DNA of 64,000 nt from Octopus vulgaris. Taxonomy: Eukaryota. The notes beneath the pieces are model-generated. The model worked only from the letters and a program-made list of their open reading frames with translations. It made no database searches and was not told the DNA's origin. Shown here piece by piece: positions 1 through 12,099 of the stretch. The translations under genes were made by a program, and so were the position numbers. How positions within the stretch are numbered: the first letter of the stretch is position 1; each line of letters opens with the position of its first letter. The stretch covers positions 58,528,001 through 58,592,000 of the forward strand of contig OX597815.1 in assembly GCA_951406725.2 (NCBI GenBank), read 5' to 3'.

Positions 1-2565
1 CCTGTACATGGCTTGCACAGCTCTCACTAACCATTCCTAGTTTTCTCATTGCCCACCTGACAAGTGATTGGGGGACCCTGTCAAAGGCTTTTTCTGAAAT
101 TTACCTTTGGCTAGGTATCTTTCCTGCAGCTGTCTTACCAGAAATATAGCATCAGTGGTGTTTTTCCCTGGCACAAATCCAAACTGCATCTCATCTAAAC
201 TAACTCTCTCCTTAATTAATTGGGCTATGACCCTCTCCGTAACTTTCATTACCTGATCCAATAACTTGATACCTCTGTAATTATTTGTATCTAATGCATC
301 ATCTTTACCTTTGTAGCAGTTGACTATGGTGCTGCTACACCAGTTATTGTGTTTGACTCCTACATGTATCACCTGATTGACTATACATGTGACTAGACTA
401 TAGTTGGCACCGCCAGATATTTTAAGCATCTCTGTGATGATTCCTGATGGCCTTTCCCTGTCTTCATACTCTTAATTGCTTTATCTACCAAGGTACTATC
501 AATTCGGATAACTGGTCCCTCTGTTGGATCGACATTCGGCAAATTCTCTTTCTCCCATTTATTCTCTTCATTTAACAACCTTTCATAGTGGCATCTCCAA
601 GTCTCTCTCCTAGCAGTTTCATTAAATGCAAGTGAGCCATTATCCATGTGGACACACATCTCTCCTATGACATCACAATTCTCTCTCTCATACACTGTCT
701 TGCAACACGAAACACCTCAAGTATGGTCCTCATGACGCAGAACATTGGCAAATTTTTTCTTATCTGCTTCCCCTCTGGCTAAATAAACCTATCTCCTAGC
801 TTCCCTTCTGGCAGTCTGATACAATTCCCTACTATCACCACTCTTCTAGTCCTTCCATGCCTGTTTCTTTTCCCTAATGGCCCTGTTCCACCACCACATT
901 ACCTTGGGTTGAGAGGGGACTTTGCACCATCCACAGATCTGGTCGGTAGCCCTCAACAGGTTGTCTCATAGAAACTTCCAGTTGTCTTTCACATCATGTG
1001 ATGCTATATACCCCTCTATTTTGTAATACGTCTCTAAATCTCTGTCCATTTGCAGGATCCTTAAGCTTCCAGACCCTTCAGCTCCATGCTGGTCATCTGG
1101 GCATCCATTTAGCCCTGATCCTGAAGTTGCTAACTACTAATCTATGTTGTGGGGTGCATTCTACACCTGGGAAGGTTTTGACATTTATAAGTAGCCATCT
1201 TTCCCATTTCCTGGTGAGGATGTAGTCAATTTCACTAGTATGTCTACCAGATCAGTAAGTGAATAGGTGACTGGCAGGTTTCCTGAACTTAGTATTACAA
1301 ATCATAAGATCATTTGCACTGCAGAACTCCAGCAGCCTGGTTCGCTCCTCATTGTGGGAACCAAAACCATAGCCTCCACGTATGCCATGGAAGCCCTCTG
1401 CATGTTGTCAACATGTCCATTAAGGTCACCAGCCACAAAGAGATGGTCCCTGTCACTTGTCAACAAGGTAGTCTGCAAGAGGGTGTCATAAAATCGGTCT
1501 TTCTGCTCATCAGGTAACCCCGGCTGAGGGGCATAGGCCGAGATAATGGTTGCTAACCCCAGTTGCAGCACTAATCTAATCTTAAGTATTCTGTTACAGA
1601 CTCTAACTACTTTGATTACCTTATCAACCCATTTCTCTGCAAGAAGTATACCCACGCCCCCAACCCCATCAGTGTTCCCTGCCCAGAAAATCTTATACCT
1701 GTGTTCTTTGCCTGTGAGGAACCTAGCAGAACTTCTCCTTCACCTTATTTCTTGGATGTAGCACAAATCTACATGTCTCCGTTCAAGCATCTCAACAATC
1801 TCACCAGAGCAGCATCATGTACCTGAAAAGAAAGCTTGCATTTGGCAGAACTCATGAACATACAATAGCCTTCAACCTGCATACGCTACACCATCATTTT
1901 TATGTGCTGCACAATCACATTACATAGGAGATAAACCCTAAGTAGGGATGGGGGAACATTAAGCCTTTAGAAGTGTTCATGGGAGAGACATCTGATAGAG
2001 GTCAGAGGATAGAAACTTCCGGTACAGGTGGTGGGGGTGTGATGGGTAGTCGCACCGAGAAACAGCAAAATCTCGGGCTGTGAGTGTGAGAGAATATTAT
2101 GTTAATTATGAGATAGAATTGGGCATTTGAAATTCCTAACTAAAGCTATAACCAAGAGTTTTGGGACAGCCAAACTGTAACAAAGTAGATAAATGAATAA
2201 GTGATGATAATAAATGAGCGTGATAGAGAGGGAGGAAGAGGGAGAGTTGGATTGAGCGAAGTGATCTTAAGTTTCTTTTTTTTTTAAATATACAGTGTGG
2301 AAGATAAAACTGTATTTCCAAAGATAGATAATGAAATAGAATGAAATGAACTAATAAGGTAATTATGATCTGCGCTGAAAAAAGAGAGGTTTAGTTGTAC
2401 TGGGTTGAAAAACAGGATTGCTTATCTGAACATCTGATTTTCAGCTCCTTTTGGCGAGGTGTTAAAATGAGATAGGGGAATCTGAGTGAGCTAGTTTATA
2501 TAGGGTGGGGGAAGCGGAGATAAAGTGTTGAGAGAAGCAAGTGGTTATCGAAACAGAGAGAGAGA
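1..2565 (-). mobile_element. RTE-clade LINE, 5' half (5' UTR, APE endonuclease, start of RT), frameshifted; runs off window edge
   Basis: ORF pieces GILLAEKWVDKV..SAYAPQ..VAGDLNGH and [29 protein letters not shown] match the 24034-26784 ORF; probable start MSSAKCKLSFQVH at ~1855; 5' UTR shares motifs with 38870-39470. Confidence 0.9.
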
Positions 2566-2829
2566 TATATGTATATATATATATATGTATATACATAGTA
2601 ATACACATAGATGCATATATATATATATATATATATACATCCATATACCCCGCATTACCAATAAATGATATACACACACATATATAAATGAATATAGAGA
2701 TTTCTATAGGCATACTTGTACACATAGTTACATGCATATACACATACACACACACACATATATATATATATACATATATACACATAAAAACATATCCACA
2801 CATATATATATACATACATATATATATTG

Positions 2830-3589
2830 TTATTATATGACCAAACGCACGCGTTGTTTCTCTTCTCCAAGTAAGTTTTTATTTGAATAATCATGACGCG
2901 CACTCTTACTCTTTACTTGACCTTTCCTCCCTGCCTGTCTGTCTTCCTCTCTAATTGTCTCTCACCTTCTTATTTTTCACACTTTCTGGTTTCTTTTCCC
3001 CCCCCTCTCTCTCTCCTCCTCCTCCTCTCTCTGGCTGTTGACCAGAGTGCTACTAAAACTTTCTTTCAGCTCATGCTTTCAACGATTTTTCACATGCGTT
3101 CTAACTAATTTTTCCACCGTCTAGGCCTAAAAAAGCCCTTATTGTTGGTTTTCTTGTCCTGTTATTCTTTATTTGTACTGTTTTTTCTACTGTTTTTTCT
3201 TCATTTGTATTGCTTTTACATCTTGATCTTGTTCTTGTCACTTGTTTTACCCCTCTGCAAAAGAATTTTATTCAATTCCTTTTGCAGGAAGGACTGCTTC
3301 AGCCTGGCCGTGTTCTGCCCTTACCTTCGAAACACGCATTGAGTCGAACCAGGGGCAGCTGATGAAGGGGAATTTTCCTTGTATTGTTTGTCCTGTACTC
3401 TGATTTTTCGTTGTTAAAAAAAGTCCGTTTCCTTGTTTGATTTTATGTTTTCGTTTCTCATTGTGTTCTACGTTTACTTGTGGTGTCCTGTACTCACATA
3501 TATATTTATATATATGCATGTATATATACATATAGATGTAAGTATGTACATATATGTATGTATATATGCATGTTTTATTTATTTATTAT

Positions 3590-3590
<1 letters not shown>
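2830..3590 (+). mobile_element. Non-coding repeat (PLE pseudo-LTR/SINE-like) carrying a rearranged hammerhead motif
   Basis: Homologous to the inverted copy at 3632-4236 (shared cgtctaggc..aaaaa.gccct, ribozyme block, gtcctgtactcacatatat tail); flanked by (TA)n. Confidence 0.65.
3309..3370 (+). ncRNA. Candidate non-circularly permuted hammerhead ribozyme (S-G-C order)
   Basis: CGTGT-T-CTGCCC(TT) ... CCTTC-GAAA-CACG ... (AG)GGGCAG-CTGATGA-AGGGG; stems III and I pair fully, stem II is wobble-rich. Confidence 0.65.
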
Positions 3591-3631
<41 letters not shown>

Positions 3632-3634
<3 letters not shown>

Positions 3635-4236
3635 GTGTAATAAATAAAATATATGCATACATACATACATATATGTACGTACCTACATCTACATGTATAT
3701 ATACATGCATATATAAATATATATATGTGAGTACAGGACACCACAAATAGACGCAGAACTCAACGAGAATGAAAACGTAAAAACAAGCATGGAACGAACC
3801 TTTTTTTACAAAGAAAAAACAGAGTACTAGACAAACTACAGAAGGAAAAATCCCTTCATCAGCTGTCCCTAGTTCAACTCCAGCATGTTTCGAAGGTAAG
3901 GACAGAACACGAATCGTCGAACTAGCCCTTCCTGCGAAGAAATTAAAGGAAATTACTTCGCAGAGGGGTAAAAACAAGGAAAGAACAAAATGTGACACAA
4001 ACAGGACGTAATAACGATACAAATAAAATTACAAAATAAAATACAAAATAAAAATACAATTACAAAAAAATACAATACAAGAAATAAAAACACACAAGAA
4101 AACAACCAAAGAGGGCCTTTTTTGCCTAGACGAGGAGAGATTCAAGGAGCGCAAGAAAACCGTGTGTTTACAGTTAGAAGGCCGCATGCAAAAGTAAGTA
4201 TTTGGCCGGCTGTGAGAGAGATGAGAAGGAGTTAGA
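3632..4236 (-). mobile_element. Second, diverged copy of the rearranged-hammerhead repeat, tail-to-tail with 2830-3590
   Basis: Reverse complement aligns with ~3110-3590 across a central (TA)n. Confidence 0.65.
3851..3911 (-). ncRNA. Candidate non-circularly permuted hammerhead ribozyme, copy 2
   Basis: Minus strand: CGTGT-T-CTGTCC(TT)A-CCTTC-GAAA-CATG...(AG)GGACAG-CTGATGA-AGGGA; C-G to U-A compensatory change in stem I versus copy 1. Confidence 0.65.
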
Positions 4237-4254
4237 TATATATTTATATATATA

Positions 4255-4290
<36 letters not shown>

Positions 4291-4831
4291 CATATATATA
4301 TACACACAAACATATACATATGCATAACAAGATATAGATAGCAGCAGATAAATACAAACAACATGTACCCATGTATACAAATACATATGGATATACACAA
4401 ATATATGATTATTCGTATACACATACATATATGTACAAATATAGACACTTGATAAAATTTTCTAAACACATTTAGAATAGTGTGTACAAGATAGAACACT
4501 CTCAAGTCTTTCATTAAGCAATTTCTTCTTAGATGTTAATATCTGGTATAATTCATCTATAAGTAAGTTGCATCTAGCATCATTAATTTTATATGATCCA
4601 GCATGACTAAGTATTTTCCAATTTATTTTTTATAATTTCTTACTATCATTCAATTTCCAAACTAGTTTACTGAGACTAGTACTGTTAAACCTATCTCTAT
4701 TCCTAAAGGTATACTCAGGGTTTACTATTCATTTGTTGATAAAATTTTCCGTTGACCCTATGTAAAAATAATTTCTTCATTCCAAATCCACCCTACCTCT
4801 ATATACAATATTATTCTGTAAGCGGTGAATG

Positions 4832-5092
4832 TGTAACACCCCAAAAATAGTAAAATGTAGTTGGCAAAAATGTTAATCAAACAGACCAAATTAAAGATTT
4901 TTAATTTTGGGTAAGAGTTTTGAAGTGGCTAGTTTAAGTTGGAATAATTATATGAATAAGAGTGCTCACGTGAAAACAGAGGCAAATTGTAACTCGCAAA
5001 TGAATACTGCTGGCAATACTGTGCAAGCAGTTGATAAGAGCTCACCCCAGCTGACAAAGCATTGATTTTTTTCCAGCTGGGTGTACGTTACA
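4832..5092. mobile_element. Possible short solo LTR or TGT-ended TIR element
   Basis: Starts TGTAACACCCC, ends GGGTGTACGTTACA (imperfect inverted termini); no TSD seen. Confidence 0.3.
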
Positions 5093-5289
5093 TTTTTCGC
5101 TGGCCCAAGCCAAATCCTAGGTGAATTGAGATTAGTCTATTTATGTTGGGGGTGTGGAATTTGGAGGAAAGAATTTTAAGAAAAAGTGTCCTAAGTCAAA
5201 GAGAGCACACATGTCAAATTCGGTGAAATTGAGTTGAAAATTGTAGGAGTAGAAGTGGTTCACACAACACACACACACAGTTTGAGGAA

Positions 5290-5725
5290 TAATTCATAAA
5301 CATTTTTTTCAAATTTAAAAATGCATGCAGGAATAAAATGCATTAGCAAAATGTTTTATGTTATTTGAAAGAGAATTTTTGCTCTACAAGATAGTGTGTT
5401 TTGATTTTTTAATTTTATTGATTTTTGCGTATTTTCATATCATTAAAATGGAATGTCAAGTGAACAAAACTGAGTATTTTGGACACCTTTGCTTTTTGCA
5501 TTTAACCGAGGTGTTAAGCCTTCCAAAGCTGCTTGCGAGATTTGTGCTATGTAAAAAAGCATTTCAAATTGTTCTCCTAGTTTTGCTGCCTCATAACTCC
5601 CTTTGAAATGCAAAAATATGCTCCAGTGGGCATAGATAACAATTATGTAGATAAAAGTAAAGAAAAAATGCTCATGCTTTGAAAATTGATGGAAAGAAAG
5701 TCAGGGAGTTCCCGAATTCAACTTC
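5290..5725 (+). mobile_element. Tc1/mariner transposon remnant (N-terminal HTH of a mariner transposase, frameshifted)
   Basis: From ATG ~5448: MECQVNKTEYFGHL, then shifted LFAFNRGVKPSKAACEICAM, typical mariner N-terminus. Confidence 0.65.
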
Positions 5726-6076
5726 TAATTAGTTATATGTACAAATTTTATCAACATAACCATAATGTACAATGGTGAATTTGCAAACAAGCTAAATTTC
5801 ATTTTAAAAAAATATACATGAGAAAATAAATCTGAGAGGGAAGGAGAGAGAATGACCCAAAATTCCTTAAAAATATTCTTTTTAATTTCAACATAATCAT
5901 ACACCCTTGAAAATGTATCTCTTCCATTGCAAAATATATGCATTTTTCACAGTCATGAAAAAATATAACTGAAGGAGACTCTGTGTGTGTGTTTCCATGA
6001 AATTAAACATGAGAATATTCTCTGTTTAAAGGTATTTTTTTCCAAAACAACCAGTAATATGTTTTGTTTGTCATTC

Positions 6077-8285
6077 AGCATCATCATCATTGCTTAATGC
6101 CTGTTTTCCATCCTGGCATGGGTTGGATAGTTTGACAGGAACTAGCCAGTCAGAGAGCTGTCCAAGTTCCAATTGTCTGTTGTGACATGGTTTCTACAGC
6201 TAGATGCCCTTCCTAATGCCAACCACTTTACAGAGTGCATCTTACATAGCAGTGGCACCTGTAAAGAACTTGCCTGTATGTATGGATGACTGCAATTTTA
6301 CTTAGCATGATGCATCTTCTCGAGTACAGCAAATCGCCATAACTCCTGGTCATTTGTCATTTCCTCAATGAGGTGTAGCATCTTAAGATCTTTTCTCGCC
6401 ACTTCATCCCACGTCTTCCTGCATCTACCCCTTCAATACGTTCCCTCTACAATTAGAGATTGACACTTCTTTACATAGATATCCTCATCCATACGCATCA
6501 CATGACAAAACCAGCACAGGCTTCTCTCTTGCACACAACATCTAATGCTTCTCATACCCGATTTTCATCTTAAATCATTTACACACTGGCATTACCCATC
6601 CAGCAGAGCATGCTAGCTTAATTTCTTTCAAGCCTTAACAAGTCCTCTGTAGTCATAGCCCAGGTTTCACTGCCATGTAGCATGGCTATATGTACACACA
6701 TACAATCTGCCTTTCACTCTGAGAGAGAGGACCTTTGTTACCAATAAAGGTAGCTCTCTGAACCTTGCCCAGCCTATTCTTATTCTAACAACTATGCTTT
6801 CAGAACTTTCTCTTCCACTGCTAATTCAGTTGCCTAGGTAACAGAAGTCATCTACTGGGATTTGAGGAAATCTATTGTCTGCACATTTTTAGTACTTATT
6901 GTACCCACTCATTTGCCACACGAAAAGACTATTTTCTCTCTTAACCTTACTGCAATACAACTACACCTCATGTGTCCAAAGATTGCAGTGAGTTGAGCAT
7001 AGAGAGTTTCTACCAACAGCTTTCTTACATATCAAGTAGGGACTTGTGATTTGTCTGTCTTCCTACATGCTAGGACTTTGGTTTTTGCTAAATTAACTCT
7101 AATGCCAACTTTCAATTAACTGACAGCATCCCTGTACATGGCTTGTATAGCTCTCACTAACCACTCATCTTTCCCTAGTTTCTGTATAGATCACCAGATA
7201 AAGGAGCGGATAATCCTGTCAAAGGCTTTTTCCATGTTGACAAAAGCCAAGTATAGCGGTTTATTTTTGGCTAAATACTTCTCCCTCAGTTGCCTAACCA
7301 GGAATATAATATCGATTGTACTTCTCCTAAGCATAAAACCATACTGCATCTCATCTATGCCAACTCTTTCCTAATTAGTTTTAACTTTCATTACCTGGTC
7401 CAGCAGTTTGATACCTCTGTAATTATGTCTGTCTAAGGCATCACCTTTACCTTTGTAGCAGTTGACTATGGTACTGCTACACCATAGGGTATGACTCTCT
7501 TGTGGACAACCTGACTAGGCCATATCCCACTCTGCAAGATATTTTAAGCGTCTAAGTAATGATTCCTGATGGGCCAAGGGCTTTCCCTGTTTTCATATCC
7601 CTAACTGCTTTATCTACTAAGCTACTGTCAACCTGAATAGCTGGTCCCTCAGTTGGGTCTATATTAGGTAGACTCTCCTTCTCCCATGCATTCTCCACAT
7701 TTAACAGCCTTTCATAATGGCATTTCTAAGCCTTTTTCTTTGCAGAATTACTCACTGCAAGTGAACCATCATCCATGTGGACACATTTCTCCTATGACAT
7801 CATGATTTTTCTCTCACGCACTGTCTTGCAATCCAAAACTCTTCAAGTCTCTAGTCCTCGCTCTGCAGAAGATTGACAAACTTCTTTTCTACTTCTCCCT
7901 TGGCTAAATATACCTGTTTCCTGGCCTCCCTTCTGGCTATCTGATACAGTTCGCTGCTACCACCACACTTCCAGTCATTCTAGGCCAGTTTCTTCTCTCT
8001 AATGGCCCTATCAACTATACTATTCCACCACCATGTCACTTTGGGTTGAAAAGGGACTTTTCACCAGCTACAAATTTGGTCAGTGGCCTTCAACAGCTTG
8101 TCCCGAAGGAACCTCCAGTAGTCCTTCATGTTATATGTTGCAACATTCTCCTCTTTTTCACCAAATGCTTCAAGTCACGTGTCTCTAAATCTCTGACCAT
8201 TCAGAGGATCCTTAAGCTTCCAGACCTTTCTTTTCCTCCTTTGTCTTCTTGATAGCCTTCAAGCCCTGATTCTGAAGTCGCTAAT
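6077..8285 (-). mobile_element. Old degraded RTE LINE with (GAT)n tail and internal deletion
   Basis: Tail catcatcatc at ~6078, 3' UTR motif gatgcccttcctaatgccaaccac, RT remnants homologous to 24034-26784. Confidence 0.85.
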
Positions 8286-10552
8286 AACAATGCTATAGAA
8301 CTTGAGCATATGTGTTGTGTGCTTGTGTATGTGAAATTCCGTCATTTTAAAGGAACAGTGTTTTGTTTAAATTTTTTGTTTTTCGCCTTTTCAATATAAA
8401 CTATAGTGTTAAGGGAAAATTACAGCAAAATTTACAGTTTCAACTCCAGCCACTATAGAATTCTTTCACTTTCCCTTACCTCATTTAATATCTCCAAATA
8501 CCACTCACTTTTTCACCATCTGTTGTATTAGTCTTCCGCCATCAAGTGTGCCAACAAACAAAAGCACATTTATGTTTTATATGTGATTATTTCAATCTTT
8601 CATAAATTTCCTGAGAAAGATGAAAAGATAGAAAAAGAGTCACCCTGTTCTCACTCCCACCCCTATGAAAATGGAGGCCATGATGGTGACAATGAAGACA
8701 AAATAAATTCTTACTTGAGTTTTCCAGCATATTCTAATTCAATTGCACACCTTTCCTTCAAAAAATGTGTGTATTTTTCACAAACTTCAATACCTTTACA
8801 AGTGTGGGATGATATATTATCATATTGGTCCTGTAATTAGAAACATGCGTACAAGAATTATAAAACTGAAGTAAAATAATATAGGAAATATAAAAAAAGA
8901 ATTCTAAAGTATAACTTTATTACTACTAACAGATATTCATTTCTGATCATCTATTAATATTTAAAATGCTTAAACTACCTGAATTAGTTTAAGCAACAAA
9001 ATTAAACAATCATGAAGTGGACTTGTAACCTTACTGTATGAACACTTTGCTTTAAAAGTATTCCTGGAACATTTATCAGTAGATTTTTGTGATATAAAAT
9101 AGGCCATTATCAAAAGTAAACATAGCAAATCTTTTTCTTTTTATCAAAAGCCATTGACCTACTTATAAAAACTGCCAAATGTGTATATTCATGAAATTTG
9201 TAAACTGATAAAAAAATAATAGAACATTTACTGCAAGGAGGATTGTCATAAGTAGTTTAGAAAGTAATTGCTTATATCAACTACCAGTTCTCAGCAGCTA
9301 TCCAATCTGTTAGAGATAAGTTATGTCATCCTCCAAACAAACCTTACAGTCTTTAATAAAGGATGTATAAGACAATGTAGTCCCTGATATACAAACAGGA
9401 AGAAAATGGTCATGATTGTATTGTATTTGACCTGCTCAATCAGGAATGAAGTGGGTTCCACAATATATTCATTAAAAAGATGAACAATATGAAACAGGGT
9501 TTTATGATAATTGTAGCACAATGAATATGACCTACTCAGTATTCAATTCAAATCCTGAAAGATACACTCCACCCATTATTTTTTTCTTATTTATTAACTC
9601 ACAAAACAGTTCTCTACCATAAATAACTGCAACAACTGTCATCAATTCCTGAACTGTATGTAATCACAATCAAATAGTGTTTGTTGTTTTGAGTAAGAAA
9701 ATGGAACTAAGAATTCTTATGCATGAGAAACAAAGCTCTACCTCATTTTAGAAAGAACTTCTTGTCAACAAACTTCCTGCTTGCACTATGTGCATTTTTT
9801 TCTTCTTTTTTGCATTTTATCATGTAAATTTCTCTGGATTTGTCTTCCTTCAACTTTCAAGCATAATATATCAAGCAGTGAGTTAGAATTTGGTGATATG
9901 GTTTTTATTATATTTTTTTTATTTATTAATTATTTACTTAGAGAAAGAAAGTATTAATTGGAGAAAATAATTGATATTTCAATGTCAGCTGTAAGCGCAA
10001 GCTATCTACATGATATCTGAATTTATCAATTCTGTGTAGGAGTAGAATTATCACAAAGTTTATATTATATCAACGTTTTCTTTCAAGATAGGGTTAGTAA
10101 ATGGTAAGGACTAACAAGAAACAATGTACTGATATATTTTAAATGCAGGGTTTCTGCATACTAGTAAGTTTATGAGGAGAGAATAATTATTGCAATAGAA
10201 TAAATAACACTAATAATTTGTTGAGCCTCACAAAACTTCTGAACGGAGGAGATGAAGATATATTTTGGAATGCTTCTTCTAATGGTAGTTGTGCAGCTTT
10301 CAAGTTATAGAAGCTAGATGGACTTTCTGATATAAAGTAAGTCATTATCAAAAGCAAAGATTGCAATAATTTTATCCTTATATCAAAAGCTATCAAACTA
10401 TCTACAAAAACTAACAAATGTGTGTAATCATGAAATTGGTAAACTGGTAAGTTTGCCAATAAAATGGAGTACAAATTCGGCTATGAAATATGAAATTGAT
10501 GCCCAGAAATTAATGCCATGTAAATATGTGTAAAAAACCTACATATATATAA

Positions 10553-10947
10553 AGACACAGGAGTGGTTGTGTGGTAAGTAGCTTGCTTACCAACCACATG
10601 GTTCCAGGTTCAGACCCACTGCATGGCACTTTGGGCAAGTGTCTTCTACTATACCCTCAGGCTGACCAAAGCCTTATGAATGGATTTGGTAGAGAGAAAC
10701 TGAAAGAAGCCTGTCATGTATATGTGTGCGCGCACGCACACGTTCGCCCCCCCCACACACACACACATAACATCGCTTGACAACCAATGCTGGTGTCTTT
10801 ACGTCCCCATAACTTAGTGGTTCAGCAAAAGAGACTGATAGAATAAGTACTAGGATTACAAAGAATAAGTCCTGGGGTTGATTTGCTCAACTAAAGGTAG
10901 TGCTCTAGCATAGCCACAGTCAAATGACTGAAACAAGTAAAAGAATA
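10553..10947 (+). mobile_element. tRNA-derived SINE (octopus type)
   Basis: A-box-like ggttgtgtggtaag, B-box-like ggttcagacc, body gggcaagtgtcttctactata, tail cagtcaaatgactgaaacaagtaaaaga; three copies in window. Confidence 0.85.
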
Positions 10948-11040
10948 TCAATTTACTTGTATTAAACTTATCCTGGCAGGGGAAATAGATGTGACAACAG
11001 TTGAAAATCAACAGCAGGTAAAAACCACATACACAATGTA

Positions 11041-11427
11041 TACTCTTTACTTTTTTACTTGTTTCAGTCATTAGACTGCGGCCATGCTGGAGCACTGCCT
11101 TTAGTCGAGGAAATCGACCCCAGGACTTATTCTTTGTAAGCCTAGTACTTATTCTACTGGTCTCTTTTGCCGAACGGCTAAGTTAAGGGGACATAAACAC
11201 ATCACCATCGGTTGACGAGCAATGTTGGAGGGGACAAACACAGTCACACAAACACATATATACGATGGGTTTCTTTCAGTTTCCGTGTACCAAATCCACT
11301 CACAAGGCTTTGGTCAGCCCGAGGCTATAGTAGAAGACACTTGCCCAAGGTGCCATGCAGTGGGACTGAGTCCGGAACCATGTGGTTGGTAAGCAAGCTA
11401 CTTACCACACAGTCACTCCTGTGCCTA
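11041..11427 (-). mobile_element. tRNA-derived SINE, tail-to-tail with 10553-10947
   Basis: Reverse complement of the same SINE body and tail. Confidence 0.85.
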
Positions 11428-11879
11428 CAATGTATGCCAATATTCAAAATATTTTATCAGCAATGTTATCCACCTTGATGCAATAGTTATATTTTTATGA
11501 CAGTTTATACAGGACTAACTGTATTTCATCAAAATTTCTAGTTTTTAATTGGATTAGAAGATTTATATAGAGAAAGGACTTTAAGAAAAGAGTGAAAATG
11601 AATATTTTAACGAAAGAAACATTTTAGCAGATGAGTTTGATATGTAAAAGGCTCTAAATAACAACCTGTGATTCGATAATTGCTTTCAAATGATTTATAA
11701 TTTTAATAAATTGGTAAAATTTATTTCTAAAATTCTAAAGCACTTCTAATTCATTTTCAGATAATATCGCTATACATTTCTCATGATTGACAATAAAAGT
11801 ATCAAATAGTTATTAGCATGAGTTAGGGAACATGTTTAAGAATAAACATTATGCAATGGCTGTCGATAGCAGATATTGC

Positions 11880-11966
11880 AGGTTAGTGCAGTCCTCAGGC
11901 TCGCTGGCTCCTGCCATATTGTCTATTCCCAGCATGGAAAATGGATGTTACATGATGATGATGATG
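11880..11966 (+). mobile_element. RTE 3' tip
   Basis: cagcatggaaaatggatgttacatgatgatgatgatg matches RTE 3' end. Confidence 0.65.
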
Positions 11967-12099
11967 AAATATAACAGGATCATCAGTTTTGTAGTCCCAA
12001 AGGCTACCCTTTCCTTTACCGTCAAACAGTGCAAGCTAACTTTTGTCTCTCTCACTATAGGAATGTATCCTATTTCCAAGACAGATGTCTACATTCCAA

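Noticed and set aside
1815-1856. Conserved splice-acceptor-like TTTTCAG|GT near the RTE start (also ~38830)
   Set aside because: Explained as coding sequence KLSFQVH after the ATG; differences between the two copies in these codons are synonymous.
8300-10540. Possible host-gene exons (short ORFs 8583, 9321, 10187)
   Set aside because: No coherent exon chain or recognisable protein; stops in all frames.
10553-10630. tRNA-like sequence
   Set aside because: It is the head of a SINE, not a functional tRNA gene.
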